Positions 51,436 through 60,269 of a DNA stretch of 64,000 bases are shown piece by piece. The number at the start of each line of letters is the position of its first letter. Position 1 is the first letter of the stretch. The translations under genes were made by a program, and so were the position numbers. Under the pieces are notes generated by a model. It was not told where the DNA came from. It saw only the letters and a program-made list of their open reading frames with translations, and did no database searches. The stretch is from an uncultured delta proteobacterium (GTDB lineage Bacteria; Desulfobacterota; Binatia; UBA9968), in the NCBI GenBank assembly GCA_963745035.1, contig CAVUVW010000013.1, positions 1,824,001 to 1,888,000 on the forward strand. Reading direction: 5' to 3'.

Positions 51436-52476
51436 ATGAATCCGAGCTACCCGATCATCGATGCCGATGGCCACGTGCTGGAAAAAGACCGAGAGCTGCA
51501 CGACTATCTCGGCGGCCGATATTCGAGCGCGCCGCGCTTCGAGACCTATTCTTATTTTCCCTCCCTCGATGGCTGGAACCGTGGCACTGGTGTGCCGGGA
51601 AAAGATCCGGAAACCCCGGCGCCGCGCTGGCTGCAGTTTCTCGACGAGCTCGGCGTTCACACGACAGTGCTTTACCCGACTGGCGGGCTAGGGCTCGGCC
51701 TGGTGCAGAATCCGGAATGGGCATGCGTGCTGGCGCGCGCATACAACTCGTGGCTCGCGGAGCGTTTCTGCCAGGTGAGCCCGCGCCTGAAGGGCGTCGC
51801 GCTGCTGCCGGTGCACGAACCCGTCGAAGCCGCCAAGGAACTCGAACGCGCGAAATCGCTCGGTCTGGTCGCCGGCCTGCTGCCTGCGGTCACATCATTG
51901 CACAAGGGTTATGGCCATGGCGATTTCGATCCGATCTATGAGGCGGCCGAGCGCCTCGACATGCCGCTCACGATCCACGGTGCGCCGAGCCGCGGCATGG
52001 GGTTCGACTTCTTCAACAAATTTCTGCACGTGCATACCCTCGAACATCCGTTCGCGATCTTGATTCAGTTCACCCACATGATCTTCGAGGGCGTGTTCGT
52101 GCGCTTTCCGAAGCTCCGCTGCGCCTTTCTCGAAGCCGGCTGCGGCTGGTTGCCGTATATGATGGATCGCATGGACGAAGAGATGGAAAAGCCGTATCGC
52201 GTTCAGGCGCCGCTGCTCAAAAAGAAACCGAGCGAGCTCATTCGCAATGGCCAGATCTGGACGACCTGCGAAGTAGAAGAGAAAGCCCTGCCCCACGTGT
52301 TGCAGCAATTCAATCCGCAATGCCTCATGTGGCCGTCGGACTATCCGCACGAAAGGCTGCCCGACATGTTCAGCCACGACCTGCCGGAATTCTTCGGCCG
52401 CACAGACATCGACGACGACACGCGGAAGGCGATCCTGCACGACAATCCGGTGAATTTTTACCGTTTGAAGGTGTGA
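51436..52476 (+). CDS. Amidohydrolase_2 family metallo-hydrolase/decarboxylase
   Basis: DADGHVLE, TIHG, FLEAGCGW, SDYPH. Confidence 0.9.
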   Translation: MNPSYPIIDADGHVLEKDRELHDYLGGRYSSAPRFETYSYFPSLDGWNRGTGVPGKDPETPAPRWLQFLDELGVHTTVLYPTGGLGLGLVQNPEWACVLARAYNSWLAERFCQVSPRLKGVALLPVHEPVEAAKELERAKSLGLVAGLLPAVTSLHKGYGHGDFDPIYEAAERLDMPLTIHGAPSRGMGFDFFNKFLHVHTLEHPFAILIQFTHMIFEGVFVRFPKLRCAFLEAGCGWLPYMMDRMDEEMEKPYRVQAPLLKKKPSELIRNGQIWTTCEVEEKALPHVLQQFNPQCLMWPSDYPHERLPDMFSHDLPEFFGRTDIDDDTRKAILHDNPVNFYRLKV

Positions 52477-52487
52477 GGAAAAGGATG

Positions 52488-52566
52488 TCTCCCGCAAACG
52501 CGCGAAGACGTCAAGTTCGGAATCATCGTATTTCTTTCTTTGCGCCCTTCGCGTCTTGGCGGGAGA
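52488..52566. repeat. REP-like imperfect palindrome
   Basis: TCTCCCGCAAACGCGCGAAGACGTCAAG ... CTTGCGCCCTTCGCGTCTTGGCGGGAGA. Confidence 0.65.
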
Positions 52567-52597
52567 TTTCTTCTTGGATATTTAACGGAGGCACACC

Positions 52598-53356
52598 ATG
52601 CGTTTAAAAGACAAAGTAGCTATCGTCACCGGCGGCGGCGTGGGCATCGGCAAAGCCTACGCTCACGGCTTGGCTAAGGAAGGCGCGAAAGTGGTCGTCG
52701 CCGATATCCAGGATAATGAAGCGAAAAAAATCGCCGAGGAAATCAAGACGGGCGGCGGTGAAGCGATGGCCGTTTACGTCGACGTCACTTCCGTCGAGAA
52801 GACCCAGGCGATGGCCCAGGAAGCGCTCAAAAAATACGGCCGCATCGATATCCTGGTAAACAACGCCGGCCTTTACTCCGCCCTCAAGAAGAAAAATTTT
52901 ATGGAGATCGACGGCGACGAATGGGACCGCGTCATGTCGGTGAACGTGAAAGGCTTATGGCACTGCGTCAAAGCCGTTTATCCGGCGATGAAGCAACAAG
53001 GCAAGGGCAAGATCATCAATATCTCGTCGGGCACGGTGCTCGGCGGCTCGCCTTACTTTCTCCATTACGTCTCGTCCAAGTCCGCGGTCATCGGCTTCAC
53101 TCGCGCCTTGGCCCGGGAAGTCGGCGACGACAATATCAGCGTCAACTCGATCATGCCGGGATTGACGATTTCCAGCGCCAACCAGGAAGGCGTAATGACC
53201 GCCGAGCAGCTCGCCGACCGGCGCAAACGCCGCGCTTTTCATCGCGATCAATATCCCGCCGACCTCGTCGGCACGGTGATTTTTCTCGCTTCCGACGACA
53301 GCGACTTTATGACCGGCCAGTCGATCAGCGTCGATGGCGGCATGAACATGCACTGA
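52598..53356 (+). CDS. Short-chain dehydrogenase/reductase
   Basis: TGGGVGIG, NNAG, YVSSK. Confidence 0.93.
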   Translation: MRLKDKVAIVTGGGVGIGKAYAHGLAKEGAKVVVADIQDNEAKKIAEEIKTGGGEAMAVYVDVTSVEKTQAMAQEALKKYGRIDILVNNAGLYSALKKKNFMEIDGDEWDRVMSVNVKGLWHCVKAVYPAMKQQGKGKIINISSGTVLGGSPYFLHYVSSKSAVIGFTRALAREVGDDNISVNSIMPGLTISSANQEGVMTAEQLADRRKRRAFHRDQYPADLVGTVIFLASDDSDFMTGQSISVDGGMNMH

Positions 53357-53405
53357 CTCGGCTGGACTAGATCGCAGTTTGAAGGAATACCGGGAAACCC
53401 GCTGA

Positions 53406-54656
53406 CTACTCGAAGAGCACGCTGGTGAACGTCACTGCCGAGCCGGTTTCAGGTGTAAACGCTTGGCTGTACTTGAGATGTTGGCCGTGCGGCTTCTCCA
53501 GCAGATGAATCAAAGAGTAGAGCGGTGAAAAGCCGCAGATCCGTCGCTTGTCCTGATCCTTCGCGATCTCGTTGAAGAAGCCTGGCGCGTCCAACCTAGC
53601 CAAGCGATCGACAAGTTCTCGGTCTTCGCTTTCCACCCATTTGAGAAAATCTTCCGTGATCGGCTCCCGGTCACCGAACTGGCGGCCCACATGGGCGAGA
53701 TCGACCCCGGCAACGAAGCACACTTTTCTTGAATCTTGGTCAGACATTCGTCGCAGCGCTCGGAGAAAGGTTCCCACCGTGCCATTTTTTTCCGGAAGAG
53801 TGCGGCTGACCAGCGCCGAGTGAAACGAAGAAACCAAAATCGGCACAATTTTAAACGGCCGCTCTGGTTCCCGCGTCAATGCAGCGCGCTTTTGCGCGGC
53901 GTATTTGAGGAATAAAACTTGAAATTCCAGCGAATGTTCGCCACGGTGCAGGTATTCGTCGGCGAAACAATCTTCGCTAGAGGCGGCCTGCAAACGATTG
54001 ACGAAGTCTTTGTCGGTTTCAACCACTCCAAGCGGTGTGTCAAAATCCTTAAGCGTCAAAATGTACGGCGTCCGCCCGCCGCAATGCGACGTACCCAACA
54101 AGATGTAGAGGTCCGCGCCGTCGCTTTCGATGAGTGACTTGTATGCCCACGCATACCCGGGACCACCGCGATGAAAATCGATATGCGGCGCCACGAGCGC
54201 TTTCGGAGCGGAAACTTTCGTCTGCGCCGACGGCGCTCCCGGTCCCCCCGCTGCTATGAAGTAGCCGTCCAGTTGAGCCGTCAGCTCGACGCTGTCTGAT
54301 TTGTAAACGCCGCCGACGTGCGCCGCCGCCCGAATCGGCAGCCTGCGAAATTCGAGCATGATCTTGCTTCGATAGCCCTCAAAGCGCTCGCTCTCCAAGT
54401 AGTAGTGGTGATCGAGCATGTCGACGAAGCTTTGCAATTCGGCGCTTTGCAGCACCGCGCCGAACTGCTTGGCGTACGCTTCTTGAATATCGATAGAGGA
54501 ATGACGGCCATCGAAGTGCGTCAGAATAAAATAGCCGACGGGCGATATGCCGATGGGCGTGGCGAGATTCAACGGGTCTTTGAGATAGACCAGCGTCCTG
54601 CCATCTTGCTGAGCGGGAAACGCTTCGATGGGTCGAAGCCTGGGTTTGTCGTCCAT
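53406..54656 (-). CDS. MEMO1-family (AmmeMemoRadiSam protein B-like) protein with N-terminal extension
   Basis: RAAAHVG.VY, APHIDF, GTSH, EHSLEFQ, DLAHVG, ICGF. Confidence 0.88.
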   Translation of the reverse strand: MDDKPRLRPIEAFPAQQDGRTLVYLKDPLNLATPIGISPVGYFILTHFDGRHSSIDIQEAYAKQFGAVLQSAELQSFVDMLDHHYYLESERFEGYRSKIMLEFRRLPIRAAAHVGGVYKSDSVELTAQLDGYFIAAGGPGAPSAQTKVSAPKALVAPHIDFHRGGPGYAWAYKSLIESDGADLYILLGTSHCGGRTPYILTLKDFDTPLGVVETDKDFVNRLQAASSEDCFADEYLHRGEHSLEFQVLFLKYAAQKRAALTREPERPFKIVPILVSSFHSALVSRTLPEKNGTVGTFLRALRRMSDQDSRKVCFVAGVDLAHVGRQFGDREPITEDFLKWVESEDRELVDRLARLDAPGFFNEIAKDQDKRRICGFSPLYSLIHLLEKPHGQHLKYSQAFTPETGSAVTFTSVLFE

Positions 54657-54724
54657 CCCTGAAGAAAAATCGGACCCGGATGCCGGACGATTTCGGGGCT
54701 TACTTGAAAGTCGTGTTTGTCAAA

Positions 54725-55024
54725 CTAAACGATGCCGAGCCGCTGCTTCGCTTCTTCGCTGATCATACTCGGGTTCCAAGGCGGCTCCCACACGAGATCA
54801 ACGCTCGCGTCGCCGACGCCATCGAGCGCCATGATCTTTTCCTTGGCATCCGCTGCGATCATCGTTCCCATGCCGCACCCCGGCGCCGTGAGAGTCATTT
54901 TGACCGCAACTTTATCGTCGTTGATTTCCACGTCGTAGACCAAACCGAGATCGACGATATTGACCGGGATCTCCGGATCGTAACACTCATGCAACGCTTC
55001 GTAGACTTGTTCTTTGGTAACCAT
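54725..55024 (-). CDS. DUF59 / SufT / PaaD-like Fe-S assembly protein
   Basis: YDPEIPVNIVDLGLVY, MTLTAPGC, WEPPW. Confidence 0.93.
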   Translation of the reverse strand: MVTKEQVYEALHECYDPEIPVNIVDLGLVYDVEINDDKVAVKMTLTAPGCGMGTMIAADAKEKIMALDGVGDASVDLVWEPPWNPSMISEEAKQRLGIV

Positions 55025-55055
55025 TAGATCGCTCCTTGCGCCAGGAACTTCGGGC

Positions 55056-56156
55056 TCAACTCGAAACGATTTTTAATCCCTGCGTTTTTTTCGCCTGCTC
55101 CGATGCGATCGACAACTGCCCGGCCAATTTCGCGGCGATTTCCAGAAAAACTTTACTGACTTCGCTGTGCGGATCCTGAACCAGACTCGGCACGCCGGTA
55201 TCGCCGCCTTCGCGCAGCGTCGGCGTGATCGGAATCTCACCGAGATAAGGAATCTTGAATCGCTCCGCCGCGCGCTGGGCTCCGCCGCGCGAAAAAATTT
55301 CATGCTTCTTGTTGCAGCCGTCGCAAATAAAGTAGCTCATATTTTCGATGAGGCCGACGATCGGAATATTGACTTTGTCGAACATCGATTTCGCCCGCAC
55401 CACGTCGGCGAGCGCGACATGCTGCGGCGTGGCGACCAGCAACGCGCCGCTGACTTTCAACTGCTGCGAAAAAGTGATCTGCACATCGCCGGTGCCCGGC
55501 GGCATGTCCACGACCAGATAATCCAACTCGCCCCAATGAACGTCCGCCATGAGCTGATGCAGCGCCTTGCCCAACATCGGACCGCGCCAAATGACGGCCT
55601 GATCAGGATCGAGAAAAAAACCGATGGACATCACCGGCAAGCCATGGGCGACTGCGGGCTCGATCTTGGCAACACCGTCGACGTCGATTTTCTCCGGCTC
55701 GCCCTTGACGCCCATGATGATCGGCACCGAGGGACCGTAGATATCGGCATCCAGCAGACCGGTCGCGGCGCCGTGCACCTTGAGCGCGACCGCCAAATTG
55801 GCCGCCACGGTAGACTTGCCGACGCCTCCCTTGCCCGCGGCGACGAGGACGACGTTTTTCACCGTCGGCAACAAATCGGTCTGCCCCGCGCCGGCTTTGC
55901 TGCCGCGCACCTGGGCCCCGAAATCGATCTCCAACGCGGTGATGCCGCCGAGGGCGGCAAGGGCTTTTTTGCAATCGTTTTCGATCGTCTCCCGCAGAGG
56001 ACAAGCCGGCGTGGTCAGCTCCACGGTAAAACGTACTTTGCCCTGGCCGACGGCAAGATTTTTCACCATGCCGAGGCTTACAATGTCGCGATGGAGCTCC
56101 GGATCTTGGACTTTACGAAGCGCCTCCATGACGCGCTCTTCAGTGACGTTTTCCAC
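55056..56156 (-). CDS. mrp: Mrp/ApbC/NBP35 Fe-S cluster carrier ATPase
   Basis: N-terminal DUF59-like domain, GKGGVGKST, WRGPM, DMPPGTGD, ENMS..CDGC; GTG start. Confidence 0.94.
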   Translation of the reverse strand: MENVTEERVMEALRKVQDPELHRDIVSLGMVKNLAVGQGKVRFTVELTTPACPLRETIENDCKKALAALGGITALEIDFGAQVRGSKAGAGQTDLLPTVKNVVLVAAGKGGVGKSTVAANLAVALKVHGAATGLLDADIYGPSVPIIMGVKGEPEKIDVDGVAKIEPAVAHGLPVMSIGFFLDPDQAVIWRGPMLGKALHQLMADVHWGELDYLVVDMPPGTGDVQITFSQQLKVSGALLVATPQHVALADVVRAKSMFDKVNIPIVGLIENMSYFICDGCNKKHEIFSRGGAQRAAERFKIPYLGEIPITPTLREGGDTGVPSLVQDPHSEVSKVFLEIAAKLAGQLSIASEQAKKTQGLKIVSS

Positions 56157-56352
56157 GATTCTCTTCCTTCAAAACTATTGACTTATAAGGTCCACGATGT
56201 CAACACGGCTAACTGCGTTAACAATCGACGGTTTGGCGCATCTAAACCGCAGGAATCAGAGTTGGAATGAACCTCTTGCTTGCCGCTATGGGGGGCTTTT
56301 GTTACTATGTCGGGTCGCAGAATTTCCGTCCGAGCAGGCGTAAGGAGGGGCG

Positions 56353-56691
56353 ATGAATCGAGCGATTACCACGTTGCTGACGATATCGGTGTTGACTGCC
56401 ATGGGCTGCTCCGGAGGCAGTCTCACCACGCGCGAGAAAGGCGCCGGTATCGGTGCTCTGGGCGGCGCCGCCGCCGGGGGAATTATCGGCGCAGCGACAG
56501 GCCACGCCGGCGCCGGCGCGGCGATCGGCGGCGTGCTTGGCCTCGGTGCCGGAGCGCTGGTCGGCGATCAGCTTCAGGGACAGCAAAACACACAATCCGA
56601 GCAACAGCGCCAGATCGACAGCAATCAGGCGGAATTGGAGCGCCAGAGGCGCGAGCTCGAGCAGCTCAGACGACAGAAGGCCGAATACTAG
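56353..56691 (+). CDS. Glycine-zipper lipoprotein with C-terminal coiled coil
   Basis: Lipobox AMGC (Cys19), GxxxG zipper, Q/E/R-rich tail, RBS AGGAGG. Confidence 0.88.
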   Translation: MNRAITTLLTISVLTAMGCSGGSLTTREKGAGIGALGGAAAGGIIGAATGHAGAGAAIGGVLGLGAGALVGDQLQGQQNTQSEQQRQIDSNQAELERQRRELEQLRRQKAEY

Positions 56692-56781
56692 TCGGCTGAC
56701 GTGTCCGGAAGCGCTTGGAGTCGCGCAGGTAAACGGGTTTGATCGAGCCGGTCACGTGATCCGGCCGGCCGGGAGATCTTA

Positions 56782-57483
56782 ATGAAATCGGACTCAGGAG
56801 TTTTGTTGTTCACGGCCTTTTTGGCGATGTCCGCGTGCGCGGGCGGCGAGCTGACGACGCGTGAAAAGGGCGCTGGTATCGGCGCTCTGGGCGGTGCCGC
56901 CGCCGGGGGAATTATCGGGGCAGCAACAGGCCACGCCGGAGCCGGTGCCGCAATCGGCGGCGTGCTTGGCCTCGGCGCCGGTGCCTTGGTCGGCGATCAA
57001 CTCCAAGGCCAGGAGAACAAACAAAAAGAGCAGCAAAAAGCGATCGACCAGCAGCGCGTCGAGATTGAAAAGAACCAGGCTTTGATCGAGGAGCTGAGAA
57101 AGCGCAACATCGAGGCGCGCGAGACCAGCCGGGGGGTCATGGTCAACCTTCCGAGCGTGAACTTCGAGTTCGACAGTGCGGACCTCACGCGCGACGGCAG
57201 AAATCGAGTGAACCAAATCGCCGACATCGTCCGGCGCGACGCGCCCAACCGGCGGATCACAGTTGAGGGCCACGCCAGCCGCGAGAGCGCCGCCCAAGAA
57301 GCTTACAATCAACGCCTATCTGAGCGACGCGCCAATACCGTGGCCGACGCCTTGGAGCGCAGCGGCGTGAATGGCAGAAATGTCTCGGCTCAAGGCCTGG
57401 GCACCCGTGCGCCGATCGCGACCAATGACACCGAGAGCGGCCGGCAGCAAAACCGCCGCGTCGAAGTAGTTATCGAAAACTAG
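56782..57483 (+). CDS. Glycine-zipper lipoprotein with OmpA-like peptidoglycan-binding domain
   Basis: Lipobox MSAC (Cys19), same zipper, FEFDSADL, VEGH, YNQRLSERRA, NRRVEV. Confidence 0.92.
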   Translation: MKSDSGVLLFTAFLAMSACAGGELTTREKGAGIGALGGAAAGGIIGAATGHAGAGAAIGGVLGLGAGALVGDQLQGQENKQKEQQKAIDQQRVEIEKNQALIEELRKRNIEARETSRGVMVNLPSVNFEFDSADLTRDGRNRVNQIADIVRRDAPNRRITVEGHASRESAAQEAYNQRLSERRANTVADALERSGVNGRNVSAQGLGTRAPIATNDTESGRQQNRRVEVVIEN

Positions 57484-58057
57484 CGCGAAACCGCGGCTCG
57501 GTGCCGTCGCGCAAACGCTTGATATTGTCGCGGTGGCGAAAGATCACCATCCCGCCGAGAAATACCGCCATGCCGACGAAGATCGGCGCATAGGAAAACG
57601 CCCAGAGCACCACTGGCGCCACCAGAGCCGCGGCAATCGAGCCCAGCGAAACGATCCGGCTTATCAGCACGGCAGCGCCGAAGACAACCACTAAAATGAC
57701 GGGCGCCGCTGGCGCGACGGCAAGAAAAGCGCCGAAGGCCGTGGCCACACCCTTTCCTCCCTGAAAATTCAAAAACACCGGATACAAATGCCCCAGAAAC
57801 GCCGCTATCCCGACGAGGGCCACGCCCAGATCGCTCATCCCGAGGCGCTGCGCCACAAAAACCGGAACAAATCCCTTAGCGGTGTCGGCAATCAGCGTCA
57901 GTAAACCCAGGCCTTTGCCCAGCACGCGCGCGACGTTGGTCGCGCCGATGTTGCCGCTGCCGGTGTTTCTGACGTCGATCCCGGACAGCGCGCCGATAAT
58001 AAAACCGCTCGGAATCGAACCCAAGAGGTAAGCAAATATTGCCAGTACGACGACCAT
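57470..58057 (-). CDS. plsY: Glycerol-3-phosphate acyltransferase PlsY
   Basis: YLLGSIP, GSGNIGATN, GHLYPV..F.GGKGVAT, RHRDNI.RL. Confidence 0.96.
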   Translation of the reverse strand: MVVVLAIFAYLLGSIPSGFIIGALSGIDVRNTGSGNIGATNVARVLGKGLGLLTLIADTAKGFVPVFVAQRLGMSDLGVALVGIAAFLGHLYPVFLNFQGGKGVATAFGAFLAVAPAAPVILVVVFGAAVLISRIVSLGSIAAALVAPVVLWAFSYAPIFVGMAVFLGGMVIFRHRDNIKRLRDGTEPRFRASFR

Positions 58058-58461
58058 CTCACGACCCGCCCGTTACGAGCTAGATGACCTACACTCCTCA
58101 TCCAGCCACTGTTCCTTGATTCCGAATATTCCGAATTCCACAGTCGCAAGTTGGCCCGACCCCGCGGGAAACGATCCCGGAGTCGTGAAGACAGCCAAGC
58201 CGTGGGCCCGCAAATTTTCGCGTCTATTTGGCAACCGGCGCCCCAGTGGCAACGATTATTCGTAGCTCACCGGCGATCTCGGTCCGCCCAGAGACAGTAA
58301 AGCATTTGTCTTTACTCTGGAAGGATTGTGCCTGCGGGCAAAGCAGGCAACCGCGGATTTCGGGTTCATTTGAACTCCGCTGCCGCACTCGTTTTTCGAG
58401 GTCTGCCGTCGTTTCCCGCGCCGCCGCCGGCCGCCTTGAAGCTCATCGCAGCCCGCACAGC

Positions 58462-58498
58462 AAAAAAGCCCTACACGGAAACTACCGTGTAGGGCTTT
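58462..58498 (-). terminator. Intrinsic terminator downstream of the cupin gene
   Basis: AAAGCCCTACACGG-loop-CCGTGTAGGGCTTT with T6 tract on minus strand. Confidence 0.8.
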
Positions 58499-58519
58499 CT
58501 GCTCGTCGTCTTTGGCGAC

Positions 58520-59617
58520 TTACTTCGCCGGTCGTTTGTAGAAGTCAGGATTCATTTTCGTGGTCGTGCCCGATTTCGCGAGCTCTTCCTCGAACATCTT
58601 ACGGATCCACGGCGCCTCATCGTAGTACTCGATCTGGTTTCCACCCTGCTTCACGTCCTTGTCGACTTTGGTGATATCACCGAAGCTTTCGCCCAGGCTG
58701 TATTTGATTCCGCCCAGGCGCGGCGGCAAATAGCGCGCGCCGGTAGCGCCGGTGTTGAAGTGCTGGTGAAACATCATCGCCGGCGGCGTAAACACGCTGC
58801 CGTCCTGCCAGTCGTAGCGCTTGGGCTCTTCGCCTTCACGCCAGAAAAGCGAAAATCCCTGCCCCTTGATAATGATGACGTTGAAACCGGGACCGTGGCG
58901 ATGAGCCTTTTTGTAGGTGCCGATGGGAAACTCGGAAATATGCGCGGCCATAGAGCCGTTGGCGAGCTCGAGCATGACGTTCTTGCCTGCGGCGCCGCGC
59001 TCTTTCCAATCTTCCAGAGCGAAATTGCGCGCATCGGCGATGAAGTTGGTGTCCCAGACGCGCCCCGGGTAGGCCTTGCCCTTGCCGCTGAAATACTCGG
59101 GATCACCGTCGAACCGATCGGTGAAATCCCGCGGCGTGTTGAAAACGAAATCAGCGTCGTGAAACAGATTGAAAACGATCGGCATGCTGTTCACGGAAAA
59201 AAAACGCGCCGGTTCACTGCCCGAGCCGTTGAAGTGCTGGTACCAGGCATTGAGCGGCAACGCAAACAAGCTGCCTTCCTGCCACTCGAAGGTTTGTTTT
59301 GCGCCCTTATCGTTCCAGATCGTCGTCCCACCGCGCCCTTTGAGCACAAAATGCAAGTCCTCGTACAGATGTCGCGCCGGATTCAATTTTTTGCCCGCCG
59401 GAATTTCGCTCACGTAGGCGCCGGTGGTACCTTCGGCGCCTTCCATGTTGATGAACGCGCCGCTGCCGCCGGTCCGATTCCAAGGCTTGAGTTCAACCTT
59501 TTTTAGATCTTGAACGAAAAACGTCTTAACGATTGGAATTCCCTCATCGAGTTGCCACTTGTCGTAGTAGGGAATGTTATCCATCACATGATCGATTTGA
59601 GTTGCCGGCTTGGACAT
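58520..59617 (-). CDS. Bicupin protein (gentisate dioxygenase-like architecture)
   Basis: Two cupin motif sets: RHLYE...PLNAWYQHFN and AHRHGPG...MFHQHFN. Confidence 0.8.
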   Translation of the reverse strand: MSKPATQIDHVMDNIPYYDKWQLDEGIPIVKTFFVQDLKKVELKPWNRTGGSGAFINMEGAEGTTGAYVSEIPAGKKLNPARHLYEDLHFVLKGRGGTTIWNDKGAKQTFEWQEGSLFALPLNAWYQHFNGSGSEPARFFSVNSMPIVFNLFHDADFVFNTPRDFTDRFDGDPEYFSGKGKAYPGRVWDTNFIADARNFALEDWKERGAAGKNVMLELANGSMAAHISEFPIGTYKKAHRHGPGFNVIIIKGQGFSLFWREGEEPKRYDWQDGSVFTPPAMMFHQHFNTGATGARYLPPRLGGIKYSLGESFGDITKVDKDVKQGGNQIEYYDEAPWIRKMFEEELAKSGTTTKMNPDFYKRPAK

Positions 59618-59736
59618 GATCTCCTCCCGAACTTTTGCTTGTGTAGTTATCGCATACGACTTGCAAAAGCAAGCTAGCGCAGGTCCGGTTGCGACTCGTA
59701 CAGAGCTAATTTTACGGCAAAAAAACCGCGGCAGCA

Positions 59737-59765
59737 TTGACAAGCCGGGTGAAACTCTACTAAAT
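59737..59765 (+). promoter_or_regulatory. Putative promoter of the decarboxylase operon
   Basis: TTGACA followed by TACTAAAT at -10 spacing. Confidence 0.35.
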
Positions 59766-59853
59766 GGCACGGTGACACGTCGGCCAAATTCTCGGCTCGA
59801 AGTCGGAGCCGAAGATGGTTGGCGGCAAGCGCGATTGGAACAGGAGATTCCCC

Positions 59854-60069
59854 TTGGCTACCACCGTCGAAGCGCCCATGGTCGGAAAGATCTTGAAGAT
59901 TGAAAAAAACCCCGGCGATCACGTCGATGAAGACGAGGTCATCATCGTCATGGAAGCGATGAAAATGGAAATTCCCATCGTCGCGTCGACCAGCGGAACT
60001 TTGAAAGAGCTGAAAGTTACGGTCGGTCAAGCCGTCGAAGCCGAACAAGTGCTCGCCGTCATCGAATAG
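59854..60069 (+). CDS. Biotin carboxyl carrier protein
   Basis: EAMKM biotinylation motif; TTG start after CAGGAG. Confidence 0.92.
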   Translation: MATTVEAPMVGKILKIEKNPGDHVDEDEVIIVMEAMKMEIPIVASTSGTLKELKVTVGQAVEAEQVLAVIE

Positions 60070-60121
60070 TCCGCGCCAGCCCGAAACCGCGGTTTTCCGG
60101 TCGTCACACCAAGGAGATTCC

Positions 60122-60260
60122 ATGGACAATTGGACGTTCGGCTGGACTTTGGCGCTCATCGGTATGTCCGGCACCATGCTCGTGCTGTGGATTTTGAGCC
60201 TGCTCATCCTGTTGATTCGCACGGTCTTTCCTGCGCCGGCCGACGCCCAAGAAAGGCTAA
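60122..60260 (+). CDS. OadG/MmdD-like small membrane subunit (probable +1 indel near 60248)
   Basis: TLALIGMSGTMLVLWIL single TM; removing one C gives ...ADAKKG-stop just before the beta subunit. Confidence 0.65.
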
Positions 60261-60269
60261 TGCCCGCAG

